Notes under the pieces: model-generated
What the model saw: only the letters and a program-made list of their open reading frames with translations
The model's database searches: none
What the model was told of the DNA's origin: nothing
Part shown: positions 41,592 to 52,780 of the stretch, in pieces
How positions within the stretch are numbered: position 1 is the first letter of the stretch
Layout of the letters: each line of letters starts with the position of its first letter
Assembly: GCA_963666285.1 (NCBI GenBank)
Contig: OY762711.1
Direction: 5' to 3' (one strand)
Source of the DNA: Sedimentisphaerales bacterium
Lineage (GTDB): Bacteria; Planctomycetota; Phycisphaerae; Sedimentisphaerales; SM23-30
Length of the DNA: 64,000 nt
Position numbers and translations under genes: made by a program

Positions 41592-42623
41592 CTAATCTAA
41601 CTCTGCCACTTTCGGCCAGCCGTCCGGCCAGATCATTGTAGATATCTTTAGTTCTGACCAGCCCGTCTGCCCGTCATATGCATGAAATATCAAAAAGTCT
41701 GTTTCCGGCTCCATATATATCCCATTATGACCCGGCCCCTTCCAGTTATCTCCCGTTGCCTTGATTACCTGGGTGCCGCCCCCTTCCATCATATCCCTGC
41801 CGTCTCTATCTACATACGGACCGGTTATACTCTTAGAACGTCCAACTACTACATTATATGTACTGTTCGCTCCCCGGCAGCAGAAATCAAACGAAACAAA
41901 CAAATACCAGTAATCTCCATGCCTGACAATAAACGGGGCCTCGACCGCTCCCTCAACCGGCGGTGTCTGGTGCTCCTTCTCACGCGGTCTTGATGACAGT
42001 GAATACAAAGTCGTATCTTCACTAGACAGCTTACCCGTTGTCGGATCAATTCGCTTCATCTTGATTCCACTCCAGAAACTGCCCCAGCTCAGCCACAGCT
42101 TTTCCTCATCTTCGATCACCAGGTTAGCATCAATTGCATTCCAGTCATCTTCTCCCTGCGTAGATCGCAATACCATTCCCTGGTCTTCCCATTTATAATC
42201 TGGACTATCCGGGTCGAGCGTCTTATTTGTCACTAGCCCGATAGCTGAATTATTCTTGCCAAAAGTTGACACCGAATAATACAGGTGATACTTTCCGTTA
42301 AAATATGAAATATCAGGCGCCCATGCCCCACGCGTCCCCGGTATCTCCTGCTCGCACCACTCCGGCAGCCGAGCAAACACACTACCGCAACGCTCCCAGT
42401 TATACATATCTTCTGAACGACGGATTGGGATTATACCTGACCGCCTGCCGCCGCCGGTGCAAAATACATAATATGTTTCTCCATCCCTGATCATCACCGG
42501 GTCATGTACCCGCAAATCGCCGCTTAACTCCAGCATCTCTGGCTCTACCTGCTTACATGATACTCCAAAAAATACTATCACAAAACAGATGAAAAATAAA
42601 ACAATACGTCTTAACAATTCCAT
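41592..42623 (-). CDS. GH43 arabinan endo-1,5-alpha-L-arabinosidase-like lipoprotein
   Basis: VHDP, WAPD, NAID, GSFWSGI, EAP, GPGHN; lipobox GVSC. Confidence 0.92.
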   Translation of the reverse strand: MELLRRIVLFFICFVIVFFGVSCKQVEPEMLELSGDLRVHDPVMIRDGETYYVFCTGGGRRSGIIPIRRSEDMYNWERCGSVFARLPEWCEQEIPGTRGAWAPDISYFNGKYHLYYSVSTFGKNNSAIGLVTNKTLDPDSPDYKWEDQGMVLRSTQGEDDWNAIDANLVIEDEEKLWLSWGSFWSGIKMKRIDPTTGKLSSEDTTLYSLSSRPREKEHQTPPVEGAVEAPFIVRHGDYWYLFVSFDFCCRGANSTYNVVVGRSKSITGPYVDRDGRDMMEGGGTQVIKATGDNWKGPGHNGIYMEPETDFLIFHAYDGQTGWSELKISTMIWPDGWPKVAELD

Positions 42624-42759
42624 ACTACGCTCCTATTCCAATAATATGCAATTTCCATCAAAGCTGACACTTGCGTCAGATTTAAATACGTTGTGAACCG
42701 CGATGTTAAGCTTTGCATAATCCCGATAAACATCGGGACCGGACATTAGCTCTTAACTA

Positions 42760-43707
42760 TTATTTTTCAGAGGTTGCCTTAACTTTTAACTTATCCTGCT
42801 GCTCTCCAATATGCATCAGCGGCACAGGCATCGGACTGTCACCATTTATAAAATATATCTTACTGGCAGGATCGTTTGAAATATCTGCCAGGGTTTTCAA
42901 CGCCTCAAGCTGGATATACGCGGGGTTCTGCTGGATGGCATCATTGATCTTTTCTATCTCATAAGCCTTCGCATCCGCCAGCATTTTCACCTTCTCCGCC
43001 TCTAACGACGCCGCATCTTTCTCAGCCTGGGCTTCAACTACTACCTGCTCCTGCTCGGTCTTAAACCTGTCCAGCTCGGCTTTCTGCTTCTCTACTTCCT
43101 GTTCACGTTCTTTTTTAGCTTCGATGGCTCTCAGGATAAACTCCGGCAGTTTGATATCCCTCAATAGTACTTCTTCAACTATAATACCCTTTGGAGTCAG
43201 AAATTCTTTCAGATCTTCTGTTAATTTTGACTGCAGCTTACCCTGAACCTCATCCATAAAGAAATCTTCTGCCCGCTTTATGCTTTTGCCCTGCTCCCTC
43301 AGAATTGAACGAAGCTTAGGCACCATATGTACTGATATCGCCTGTTCGGCGGTACCCGTATCCTGCCATATCTTTGGTGCCATCTCACCGTTAATTCGAT
43401 ACTGAACCGAAACTTCTACATCTGTACGCAGCTGATCCTGGCTCGGCACCGCTGCTTTCTCTAGCAAAGTCTTCTGACGGGCGTCAAACAGCTCCCACTT
43501 ATACAGAGGATTCACCGGGAAATGCAATCCCTCTTCATATGATGTCTGCTGAACCTTTCCAAACAATGAGGCCACACCTACATACCCTGGCGGTACAGTC
43601 TTGTACATCTGAAACGCCAGTATAACGACAATAATAACGACAACTGCTACTATCGGGTACCCCGGCTTTATCTTAAACTGCGGCACCTGGTTCCTGTTAT
43701 ATTCCAT
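42760..43707 (-). CDS. SPFH/prohibitin (band 7) protein
   Basis: N-terminal TM, VPPGYVGV..FG.V...EGLHF, VLLRDIKLP, coiled coil. Confidence 0.9.
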   Translation of the reverse strand: MEYNRNQVPQFKIKPGYPIVAVVVIIVVILAFQMYKTVPPGYVGVASLFGKVQQTSYEEGLHFPVNPLYKWELFDARQKTLLEKAAVPSQDQLRTDVEVSVQYRINGEMAPKIWQDTGTAEQAISVHMVPKLRSILREQGKSIKRAEDFFMDEVQGKLQSKLTEDLKEFLTPKGIIVEEVLLRDIKLPEFILRAIEAKKEREQEVEKQKAELDRFKTEQEQVVVEAQAEKDAASLEAEKVKMLADAKAYEIEKINDAIQQNPAYIQLEALKTLADISNDPASKIYFINGDSPMPVPLMHIGEQQDKLKVKATSEK

Positions 43708-43953
43708 AATAATACTCCTTCATAATTTCCATGTTTAAGTTGCAATAACGAAGCGCCTTTGGTAAAGGTCCTTCCTGCAACACAATATTTTTAACAACGC
43801 GTAAGACTATTTACGCGACAGCTTTAAAACAAGCCGTGAGCGACAGCGAATTATTCCTAATGTCAACGTACATCAGGACACCTTAACTCTTCACTCTACG
43901 TTCTTAGTTCTTCACTTTCCGCTCTGCGGCAAGCAGCCATCAGTCTGTTTGAG

Positions 43954-45189
43954 TTATTTTGCAAGATCATAGCAAAATAAATTATCCTGATCCCGCAGAT
44001 AAAGCTTCTTACCCGCTACTATCGGATGTGCCCAGGTCTGAGGCTTGCCAAATTCCGGCTGAATAAATCGGCCCTTCTCCTTATATCCTTCCGGTGTCGC
44101 TTCCAGCAGACCAACTTGCCCTTTTGTCTCCGCTCGGACATACAGCCGGCCGTCTGCATAAGCTATCGCCCCTTTTCCGATCTGTCCTTTTTCCGACCAC
44201 ATTATCTCGCCGGTATCAAACTTCTGACAGGTCCAGCCCTTCGCATCACAATGGCCGTAAATATAATCGCCAACGACTACAACTCCGCCAATCTGGTCGG
44301 CAATTGTCTTATTGGAATATACTTCCCTGGCACTGAACTGACCGCCAGACTTACTGACTTCAAACATATTGCAGCCTACACCATATCCGCTGGTAACATA
44401 TACCTTATTTCCTTTTACTACAGGAGTTGGGATAACCGCTGTACGGCCCTTACGTTCCGCCCGCCACAATACCTTGCCATCAGTACCAACACCAACCACA
44501 CTGTTCGGCGTCAACTGAACATATTGCTTTACGCCTTCTATCTCACAGATTACAATCGATGAATAATGTGCGTCATCATTGAATCCGTCCGTACGCCAGA
44601 CAACATCGCCGGTTTTCTTATTCAATGCCATTATCGCACCTTTATTTCCGCCCGGCGTACAAATAAATTTATCTCCATCAATCAGCGGCGATTCGCTATA
44701 GCCCCATTCAGGCTGCTTGCCGCCGAAATCTTCTTTCATATTCTTGGCCCATACCAATGAACCATCACTCGCTTTCAAACACGCCAGCTCGCCATACTGA
44801 CCTATAACATATACCATCCCGTCATCAACTGTCGGGGTACTTCGCGGACCCTGGAAATTACCCCACCCGGGTGCTCCCGCCTTACCAATCTTCTTACTCC
44901 ATATATGTTTGCCGTCAGCAAGGCTGTAGCAATGTGCAATACTGTCATTACCGGCATCACCCATTGTGTAGAATCTATCGCCGGATATCGCTATTCCGCA
45001 ATAGCCGATTCCCAGTCCGGTAGCTTTCCATGCCAGTGGCGGCCCGGCATTAGGCCATTCCTGCAGCAATCCCGTATCTGCTGATTTACCATCCCTCTCA
45101 GGCCCGCGCCATTGATTCCAATCAGCTCCAAAGGATACATAACTTACTACCATCAAAACGATTACAGCTATTTCCATACTTTTTTTCAT
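43954..45189 (-). CDS. PQQ-like beta-propeller protein (BamB-like, planctomycete type)
   Basis: [37 protein letters not shown]. Confidence 0.9.
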   Translation of the reverse strand: MKKSMEIAVIVLMVVSYVSFGADWNQWRGPERDGKSADTGLLQEWPNAGPPLAWKATGLGIGYCGIAISGDRFYTMGDAGNDSIAHCYSLADGKHIWSKKIGKAGAPGWGNFQGPRSTPTVDDGMVYVIGQYGELACLKASDGSLVWAKNMKEDFGGKQPEWGYSESPLIDGDKFICTPGGNKGAIMALNKKTGDVVWRTDGFNDDAHYSSIVICEIEGVKQYVQLTPNSVVGVGTDGKVLWRAERKGRTAVIPTPVVKGNKVYVTSGYGVGCNMFEVSKSGGQFSAREVYSNKTIADQIGGVVVVGDYIYGHCDAKGWTCQKFDTGEIMWSEKGQIGKGAIAYADGRLYVRAETKGQVGLLEATPEGYKEKGRFIQPEFGKPQTWAHPIVAGKKLYLRDQDNLFCYDLAK

Positions 45190-45314
45190 CTGATTACTCC
45201 GTAAATATATAAATATTGATAGAATTTCAAGAGGTCTGCTCTCCCCCTTTTATAGCCCTTAATATAGTTGGAATTCAAAATTTATGCAAGCCCCACTTAC
45301 CTTTTACCTATCCC

Positions 45315-45800
45315 CTAATTTTTATCTCTAAACGCCGCAAACCGGATCGTATCCAGCCCCGCAGCTCCAACTGCCTCTATCGCCGGACGCATATCCTCAC
45401 AAGACAAACTCCCATCCCCACGCAGCCTCACAACCGGCTCTTTCATTGCTTTTTTCAGCTCCGTTATCTGGCAGGCCAATTCAGTCGTCAAAACTTCTCG
45501 GCTGCTGTATTTACTCACCGGATAATCCTTATTATCGACCGAATATATTATACTCCCGGCATCACCGGCACGTTCTGACCACACCAGGATCTCAATCTCG
45601 TTTTCCTTACTAACCTTATCGATCACCGCTGTCTCACAATCATCCGGCACGCTCACCAGCTCTTCATCCTGGCTGATAAACTGACAGATCAGCATAAAAA
45701 ACACTATCAGCAGAAACACAACGTCAATCATCGGCGTCATATTAAACTGCGCCATCCTGTGCCTTACTTTACTATTACGTATCTTCTTAGCTAACATCAC
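45315..45800 (-). CDS. exbD: ExbD/TolR family biopolymer transporter
   Basis: NMTPMIDVVFLLIVFFML, LRGD. Confidence 0.88.
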   Translation of the reverse strand: MMLAKKIRNSKVRHRMAQFNMTPMIDVVFLLIVFFMLICQFISQDEELVSVPDDCETAVIDKVSKENEIEILVWSERAGDAGSIIYSVDNKDYPVSKYSSREVLTTELACQITELKKAMKEPVVRLRGDGSLSCEDMRPAIEAVGAAGLDTIRFAAFRDKN

Positions 45801-46171
45801 TATCTCTAATAATTTCCAAAATATTATTTTTCAATTCTTCACCATTCGCCGCCAATGTTTCCTTGGAACTTATTCTATGCTCATCTCCGCTAGAGTCAAA
45901 CACTAAACCGCCGACTACCAAATATCACACCTTCCGCTATTCACAACGCCTTTGTTATTATCTATCTTAATTGCATAATCTAACAAAGCACCATCCAATT
46001 CACCTAAAAAAATGTCCGCCAACCGACGGACATTCATATTCTTTAATTTACTTGTGCGAAGCTGTTAAAACTAGTCGCGAGCATAAGCGAGTAACCTCAA
46101 CTCTTCACCCGCTTGCGACATGCGAAGCATACTTAACTCTTCGTTCTTCACTTGTATTAGACATATAGTGT

Positions 46172-47950
46172 CTAATACAATGTCTTCTCCTTATGCAGTA
46201 TCTCTATCGATTCCAACGCACTCGGCAGCTTCTCATCGGGATACGCCTTCATCCGACCGGCAGCTACCAGCCCGACAAACATCTCCTGCGGTGCCATCGG
46301 CACACTCGTCATACAAGGATGCGCCTGCGTTCCGATATAGAAAGGATGCTCCGGCAATTCCAGTATCTGCATAATCGGTTCACCTGGTGCCGTCCCCGAA
46401 AATACCAGCCCGCCGGCCTCCAGCTTCTCGATATAATTCGGATCAACTTCCAGCCTGTGCCTGAACCTCATCCGCACCGATTCTTTCTCGCCAAACATCT
46501 TCCACGCGATCGTATCTTTCTTTATCGATACATCTCGACCGCCAAGCCGCATATTACCGCCCAGCCCCTTAATTCCCTTCTGCTCCGGCAATATACTTAT
46601 CACCGGCTCACTGCATTTCGGATCAACCTCGGTACTATTCGCTCCCTCTATACCGCACACATTCCTCGCATATTCAATCACCGCCATCTGGAACCCGAAA
46701 CATATACCCAGGTACGGCAGGTTATTCTCACGCGCATATTTCACACACGCTATTTTTCCCTCCGCTCCACGCGCTCCAAAACCGCCCGGCACAATTATGC
46801 CATGCACATCTTTAAGCTTTTCGGCTACATTCTCATCGGTTATATCTGTCGTATCGATCCAGTCGATCTTAACCTTCGTATACAGGTTCGTTCCGCTATT
46901 CTCCAGGGCATGAATAATACTCGCATAACTGTCACGCAGCGAGGTATACTTCCCTGTTATACCAATTGTTATTTCATATTTATCTTTTTCCAGCTTATCG
47001 ACAAAAGTTGTCCATTTCAGCCACTGCTGACGCTCATGCTGAAGGTTCACCCGCTGCTCCAGCTTCAACAACTTCAGCACCTCAAAGTCATAGCCCAGGT
47101 CTCGCAGCATCTGCGGGATCACATAGATACTCTCACAGTCATGCATACTAAACACCCGCCCCAGCGGCACGTTTGTATATTGGGCAATCTTCTGGCGAAC
47201 CTTCTCGTTTACCGGCCTTGATGCCCGGCATGCGATTATGTGCGGCTGAACCCCCATCTCCATCAAACGCTTAATTCCCAGCTGAGCAGCCTTGGACTTC
47301 TGCTCACCCAGGGTTTTAGGCTCCAGAACATGCGTCAACGCCACAAAACAGACAGAGTTCGGCCCTTCCTCATAGGCCAGCTCACGCATCGCCTCGATAT
47401 AATATGCATTCTCAACGTCACCAACCGTACCGCCGATCTCGACAAACACCACATCAGACTGAGACTGAACCGCCAGCTCGCGCAAACGGAACTTCACCTC
47501 ACCGGTAACATGCGGGATCATCTGCACATCTCGGCCCAGGTAATCGCCATGCCGCTCCCTGTTAAGTACCGTCGTATATATCTGGCCGCTGGTAGTAAAG
47601 TTCTTACCACTCAGGTTCTTATTCAGCATACGTTCATAAGTACCCAGGTCCATATCACATTCCATACCGTCATCCAGCACATATACCTCGCCATGACGGA
47701 ACGGGTTCAACGTACCGGAATCGATATTCAGATACCCTTCCAGCTTAATCGGCGAAATATTCAGCCCCTTATCCTGCAGCAGCTTCGCCAGCGAAGATGA
47801 AAATATCCCCTTGCCAAGCCCGCTGATTACCGTACCCATAATCACAACATACTTACAGCGGCCTCGTATATAGCCGTCAGGCATAAGTGTATAAAATTCT
47901 GTATCATCTGACGCCTGGCTTACACTATTTAGCAATTCTTCCGTGTTCAA
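46172..47950 (-). CDS. pyrG: CTP synthase
   Basis: GTVISGLGKG, HGEVYVLDDG.ECDMDLGTYER, EIGGTVGD, PGGFG.RG, GICFG; TTG start. Confidence 0.96.
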   Translation of the reverse strand: MNTEELLNSVSQASDDTEFYTLMPDGYIRGRCKYVVIMGTVISGLGKGIFSSSLAKLLQDKGLNISPIKLEGYLNIDSGTLNPFRHGEVYVLDDGMECDMDLGTYERMLNKNLSGKNFTTSGQIYTTVLNRERHGDYLGRDVQMIPHVTGEVKFRLRELAVQSQSDVVFVEIGGTVGDVENAYYIEAMRELAYEEGPNSVCFVALTHVLEPKTLGEQKSKAAQLGIKRLMEMGVQPHIIACRASRPVNEKVRQKIAQYTNVPLGRVFSMHDCESIYVIPQMLRDLGYDFEVLKLLKLEQRVNLQHERQQWLKWTTFVDKLEKDKYEITIGITGKYTSLRDSYASIIHALENSGTNLYTKVKIDWIDTTDITDENVAEKLKDVHGIIVPGGFGARGAEGKIACVKYARENNLPYLGICFGFQMAVIEYARNVCGIEGANSTEVDPKCSEPVISILPEQKGIKGLGGNMRLGGRDVSIKKDTIAWKMFGEKESVRMRFRHRLEVDPNYIEKLEAGGLVFSGTAPGEPIMQILELPEHPFYIGTQAHPCMTSVPMAPQEMFVGLVAAGRMKAYPDEKLPSALESIEILHKEKTLY

Positions 47951-48158
47951 ATTCTAATATCCTTATCTTATTATTTTATCCTAAATATAACTGGTTTCTA
48001 AACTTTACTTCTACCAAATACCAACTTACCATACCTTAAACTTTAATTTACTCTCGGCAAAACCATTTCTCCCCTCATCCCATTTTATGCCTACGTTTTT
48101 TTATTAATTAATTCATGAGCGTTAGCGAATACCTTCTTTACACTTTTTATTTTACACT

Positions 48159-48896
48159 TTACTCTTTATTCTGAATTCGTTTCACGAATTCAGAATATTG
48201 TTCGGGAGTGTCTATCCCCACCGCCGTATGCTTAACCTCGCCCACCGCGATCGTAAAGCCATTCTCCAAAGCTCGCAGCTGCTCCAGCTTCTCGCTCATC
48301 TCCAGTGGAGTCTGCGCCAGCTTACTGAACTTCAGCAAGGCATCTCGTCTATATGCATATATCCCCAAATGTTTCCGATACATTCCCTGCCAATCCGCCC
48401 CATCTCGATTATAGGGGATCGTACTGCGTGAAAAGTACAATGCATGACTTTTTTTATCCAATACTACCTTTACAACATTCGGATCGGTTACTTCTCTTTC
48501 ATTCTCTATCACCGCACACAGCGTCGCTATATCAACCAATTCATCATTCCGGATCAAGTCCACCAGCAGATCGATACTGCCAGGGTCAATCTCTGGCTCA
48601 TCTCCCTGAACGTTCACGATCAGCTCGATCTCTGGCCGCTTCTCGGCAACCTCCGCCAACCGGTCAGTTCCGCACTGATGGTCATCTCGGGTCATCTCAT
48701 ACACTCCACCAAAGCTCTCACACGCCTCGGCAATACGTACATCATCCGTTGCTATCAATACCGAATCCAGGCTTTTAGCTTTACTTACCTGTTCATAGAC
48801 ATGCTCGATCAGATATTTTCCGGTCTCTTTTGCCAGCGGCTTACCCGGAAATCTGGTCGATGCATAGCGGGCGGGTATAATCGCAGTAATACTCAC
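48159..48896 (-). CDS. kdsB: 3-deoxy-manno-octulosonate cytidylyltransferase
   Basis: IIPARYASTRFPGKPL, NVQGDEP, ALYFSR, EKLEQLRALE. Confidence 0.96.
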   Translation of the reverse strand: MSITAIIPARYASTRFPGKPLAKETGKYLIEHVYEQVSKAKSLDSVLIATDDVRIAEACESFGGVYEMTRDDHQCGTDRLAEVAEKRPEIELIVNVQGDEPEIDPGSIDLLVDLIRNDELVDIATLCAVIENEREVTDPNVVKVVLDKKSHALYFSRSTIPYNRDGADWQGMYRKHLGIYAYRRDALLKFSKLAQTPLEMSEKLEQLRALENGFTIAVGEVKHTAVGIDTPEQYSEFVKRIQNKE

Positions 48897-49382
48897 AAAA
48901 ACATTTCCTAACTAAAAAATAATACTTTAAAAGTATCAAATTACATAATTTATGAGTAAAAAAATAAAGCAATCTTGCAAGCTACTTATTCATAAGTACT
49001 TAAATCAGACTCTGTGTCAACAGAAACCTTAAATTATTACTTATATCTTGTATCTTATCACTTTATTTTCCTCTTTTTTACTGCCCGAATATCTTAACCG
49101 AAACCCATCCCAATGTCAAAATCTATACTTATCATAAAAAAATTTACCCATCTAATCCAAAATCGGCATAATAAAACTATTTAATACGTTAAAACATAAA
49201 TAGTTAGATTCTAATCGCCAATCGACCTTTCTCCTGACCTAATCTCTAACACGACCTTTGATAGTTTACTCCCCGTTCTTTCTCCTCGATCGCCGCTGTT
49301 CTTTTTTTCATTTTCTTCCAATATTTTGCGGTTATAATATTATTTACCGTATTTTCCAAGATTCAAATGATTTACGATAATT

Positions 49383-51053
49383 GTGTTTAAGAAGAATGCC
49401 CTTATGTTAAATATACAAAAAAATCCCATAAACTTATTTTCTTACGGCATACTATGTCTGGTTTTATCTGTCTTTATCAATGGCTGTAATACTCCTGCAG
49501 ATACCATCATCGAAACTCATGATTCTGCTGCTGTTGCCCCTTCATTATTCATCGCCGGTGATTCTACCGCCAGCAACGGACAGGACTTCGGATGGGGCAG
49601 CCATCTCCAGAAATTCTTCGATCAAAACCAATTAACTGTCTTCAACCGGGCACGCGGCGGACGCAGCAGTCGTACTTTTATTACCGAAGGCATCTGGGAC
49701 ACTATCAAAAAACAACTTAAACCCGGCGATACCGTTATTATCCAATTTGGACATAACGATGCAGGAAAAATCAATGACAGCAGGCGTGCCAGGGCCTCAA
49801 TCGCAACCCTCGGCGATGAAACTATCGAGATTGATAATCAGACCACCGGCAAACATGAAGTAGTCCATACTTTCGGCTGGTACATGCGAAAAATGATTAA
49901 CGATACCAGGGCAAAAGGGGCAACTCCAATCGTAATGAGCATGACCGCACGCAACGTCTGGCATAAAGACCTGATCGAACGTACAAATACATTTTGCAGC
50001 CTGGCAAAAGAACTGGCAACACAGGAAAATGTAACCTTCATAGACCTGCGGAATATGATTGCCGACCAATACCAGCTGCTCGGCCCCGTACGCGTCCGCC
50101 AACTATTCCCCAAAGACCATACACACACCGGCCCGGACTGTGCATTTATCAATGCGGCAATGGTAGTTTCCGGGCTCAAAGCTATCGATAGCCCGCTAAC
50201 TGACAAGCTCTCAGAGTTGGGCCGGAGTGTTACCCCTTATAATCCGCCTGTTATCGTAGAGCAAGTCAGGCAATGGCTGATCGCACCTTGGATGCCGAAA
50301 GCTCAACCTGTCTCTGACCCGGCCTTACCCGCCCTTTATGCTATCGGCGATTCAACTGTTCGCAACGGCACCCGCGGAGATGGCTCCAACGGCCAATGGG
50401 GCTGGGCTGCTCCTATCGCTGATTTCTTCGATCGAACCAGACTGAACGTCGAAAACCATGCGCTCGGCGGCACCAGCAGCAGAAGTTATCGTTCTTTGGG
50501 ACTATGGCAGCCCGTCCTGGCCAAAGTCAAACCCGGAGATTTCGTCATTATGCAGTTTGGACATAATGATAGCGGACCGCTTAACGATCGGAGACGTGCT
50601 CGGGGAACTATAAAGGGCTATGGCGAAGAATCAGAAGAGATTGACAATATGCTGACAGGTAAGCATGAAACGGTCCATTCCTACGGCTGGTATATCAGGC
50701 AGTATATCAAAGAAACAAAAGCCAAAGGGGCCGTTCCAATTGTCTGTTCACCTATCCCTCGCAACCGCTGGGCCGCTGGCAAAATCAACCGGGATATCAA
50801 CAGCTATACACAATGGGCCGCCCAGGTAGCACAACAGGAAAACGTGCCATTTATCAACCTGAACCAGTTGGTTTGCGACCACTTCGACGAGGTCGGCCAG
50901 GATACCGTTACCGCTCTTTACTTTGACAAAGGCGAAACAACTCATCCCAACGCTGCCGGGGCACAAACAATTGCAACCATTGTCGCAAAAGCTGTTAAGT
51001 CACTACCCGACTGCCAACTGTCCGATTATCTCATCATCGTCAAACCCCAATAA
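49383..51053 (+). CDS. Tandem-domain rhamnogalacturonan acetylesterase (CE12, SGNH) lipoprotein
   Basis: Two GDST...GGxSSR...QFGHND...(D/E)xxH domains; lipobox INGC; start may be 49404. Confidence 0.88.
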   Translation: MFKKNALMLNIQKNPINLFSYGILCLVLSVFINGCNTPADTIIETHDSAAVAPSLFIAGDSTASNGQDFGWGSHLQKFFDQNQLTVFNRARGGRSSRTFITEGIWDTIKKQLKPGDTVIIQFGHNDAGKINDSRRARASIATLGDETIEIDNQTTGKHEVVHTFGWYMRKMINDTRAKGATPIVMSMTARNVWHKDLIERTNTFCSLAKELATQENVTFIDLRNMIADQYQLLGPVRVRQLFPKDHTHTGPDCAFINAAMVVSGLKAIDSPLTDKLSELGRSVTPYNPPVIVEQVRQWLIAPWMPKAQPVSDPALPALYAIGDSTVRNGTRGDGSNGQWGWAAPIADFFDRTRLNVENHALGGTSSRSYRSLGLWQPVLAKVKPGDFVIMQFGHNDSGPLNDRRRARGTIKGYGEESEEIDNMLTGKHETVHSYGWYIRQYIKETKAKGAVPIVCSPIPRNRWAAGKINRDINSYTQWAAQVAQQENVPFINLNQLVCDHFDEVGQDTVTALYFDKGETTHPNAAGAQTIATIVAKAVKSLPDCQLSDYLIIVKPQ

Positions 51054-51496
51054 ACTCACCTATTGAAACAACTGAAATATTAAAGACAGCTTAGCCGTCC
51101 CCGTCGTTCCTATCCTGAGTAAGTCAAAAGAAGTCGCTTAAGATATGTCATCTTAAACTCTCTCTTCTCGCTTCTATCTCCTAACTCTTCTCATCCTTCA
51201 GGTGCCGCAATTATGATTGAACTTTACCTACGCGTCAGCTTTAAAATAAGCCGTGAGCCGCCGGGCGATACCTTCACATCATTGGACTTGTCCAATGATG
51301 TGCCCCAGTGCGAAGCACGTATTTCTTCTTCACTGAACGCTGGCCGCTCGTAGCTCGTAGCTGATTGCCTGTTCTACTGCTCATCTGCTCTAAGCTCTAG
51401 CCATAATCATAAAATATACACCTTCATTAAAAAACATACAGGCTCCCAATCCATTGCAGATCAGGAGCCAAAAGCCTTATGTATAGAAGTTGAGTG

Positions 51497-52099
51497 TCAC
51501 ATCCTTCTAATTAATAATCCACCTAATCCTAGTAGAACTAAGGAGCAAGGTTCAGGGACTATAGTAAACTTAATGTTGTCAATCACTGGGTCATAGCCTG
51601 TTTGATTTTTCAATTCAATAGAAAAAGTATCATAGGAACCATCCCCATCATTATCAACATCCCAAATGCCAGTAATTAAGTTAGCAACAGAATCATCATA
51701 TTCCCTACAAATGATTTCAATATGAGGTTGATAAACTTGATTAGGAGAATATGCATCTTGATAGCTAAATATTTTATTTATTGAACCACCTGATAGTGTA
51801 GCTTTTGAGTATTCTTCTAAATACAATCTATCTATATATCCTCCAAGGACTGAAAGAGTAGTATTGTCATTTAGAGTAATAGCTTCAATGCCACCAATAT
51901 TAGCCTGAAGAGGAGCCGTATCGATAATGTTAATTGTTGCATAATTAAATGCTTCAATATGGTCTGCACCTCCTCCCGTTACTTCTATGGAATCGTTACC
52001 ATATAAACTTACTTCGTACTCGTAACTATCAGAAATAGCATAAGCAGCAGCATTAGTAATACCTGCTAACAATAACAATATACATAACATCTTTTTCAT
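51497..52099 (-). CDS. PEP-CTERM protein, paralogue C
   Basis: Signal peptide; C-terminal VPEPCSLVLLGLGGLLIRRM. Confidence 0.92.
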   Translation of the reverse strand: MKKMLCILLLLAGITNAAAYAISDSYEYEVSLYGNDSIEVTGGGADHIEAFNYATINIIDTAPLQANIGGIEAITLNDNTTLSVLGGYIDRLYLEEYSKATLSGGSINKIFSYQDAYSPNQVYQPHIEIICREYDDSVANLITGIWDVDNDGDGSYDTFSIELKNQTGYDPVIDNIKFTIVPEPCSLVLLGLGGLLIRRM

Positions 52100-52170
52100 A
52101 ATTTACTCCTTGAATAAGGCTCCCAGTCCCAAGGGACAAGGAGCCTTAATCTTAATGGATAGAAGTTGAG

Positions 52171-52767
52171 TTACTTCTTTCTAATCAATAATCCACCTAA
52201 TCCTAGTAGAACTAAAGAACAAGGTTCAGGGACTATAGTAAACTTAATATTCTCAATAACAGGGTCATAGCCTGTTTGATTTTTCAATTCAATAGAAAAA
52301 GTATCATAGGAACCGTCTCCATCATTATCAACATCCCATACTCCAGTAATTAAGTTAGCAATAGAATCATCATATTCCCTGCATTTGATTTCAATATGAG
52401 GTTGATGAACTTGATTAGGAGAATATGCATCTTGATAGCTAAAGATTTTATTGATTGAGCCACCTGATAGTGTAGCTGTTGAATAGCTATAAATATTAAA
52501 ATCATTAATATCTCCACCCAAGACACCAAGCATGCTATTTCCTGAAATTGATATAGATGCTATTCCACCGACTCCAAATTCATATTCGGCTGTGTTTTGA
52601 ATAGTTATTTCACTGTTTCCATTAGCTATTATTGATTCAGCTCCGCCACCAGTTACAAGTAGAGTATCATTATTATCAAGGATTACACTATACTCATAAG
52701 TTTCAGATATGACCATAGCATTTATTGAGCAAGTAAGCAAAAACAATATACATAACATCTTTTTCAT
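52171..52767 (-). CDS. PEP-CTERM protein, paralogue B
   Basis: Signal peptide; VPEPCSLVLLGLGGLLIRKK. Confidence 0.92.
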   Translation of the reverse strand: MKKMLCILFLLTCSINAMVISETYEYSVILDNNDTLLVTGGGAESIIANGNSEITIQNTAEYEFGVGGIASISISGNSMLGVLGGDINDFNIYSYSTATLSGGSINKIFSYQDAYSPNQVHQPHIEIKCREYDDSIANLITGVWDVDNDGDGSYDTFSIELKNQTGYDPVIENIKFTIVPEPCSLVLLGLGGLLIRKK

Positions 52768-52780
52768 AACTTTATTCTCC

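Noticed and set aside
46193..47800. Long antisense ORFs over pyrG (342 and 186 aa) and similar shadow ORFs elsewhere
   Set aside because: They lie opposite well-supported genes, have no recognisable motifs, and are explained by codon bias.
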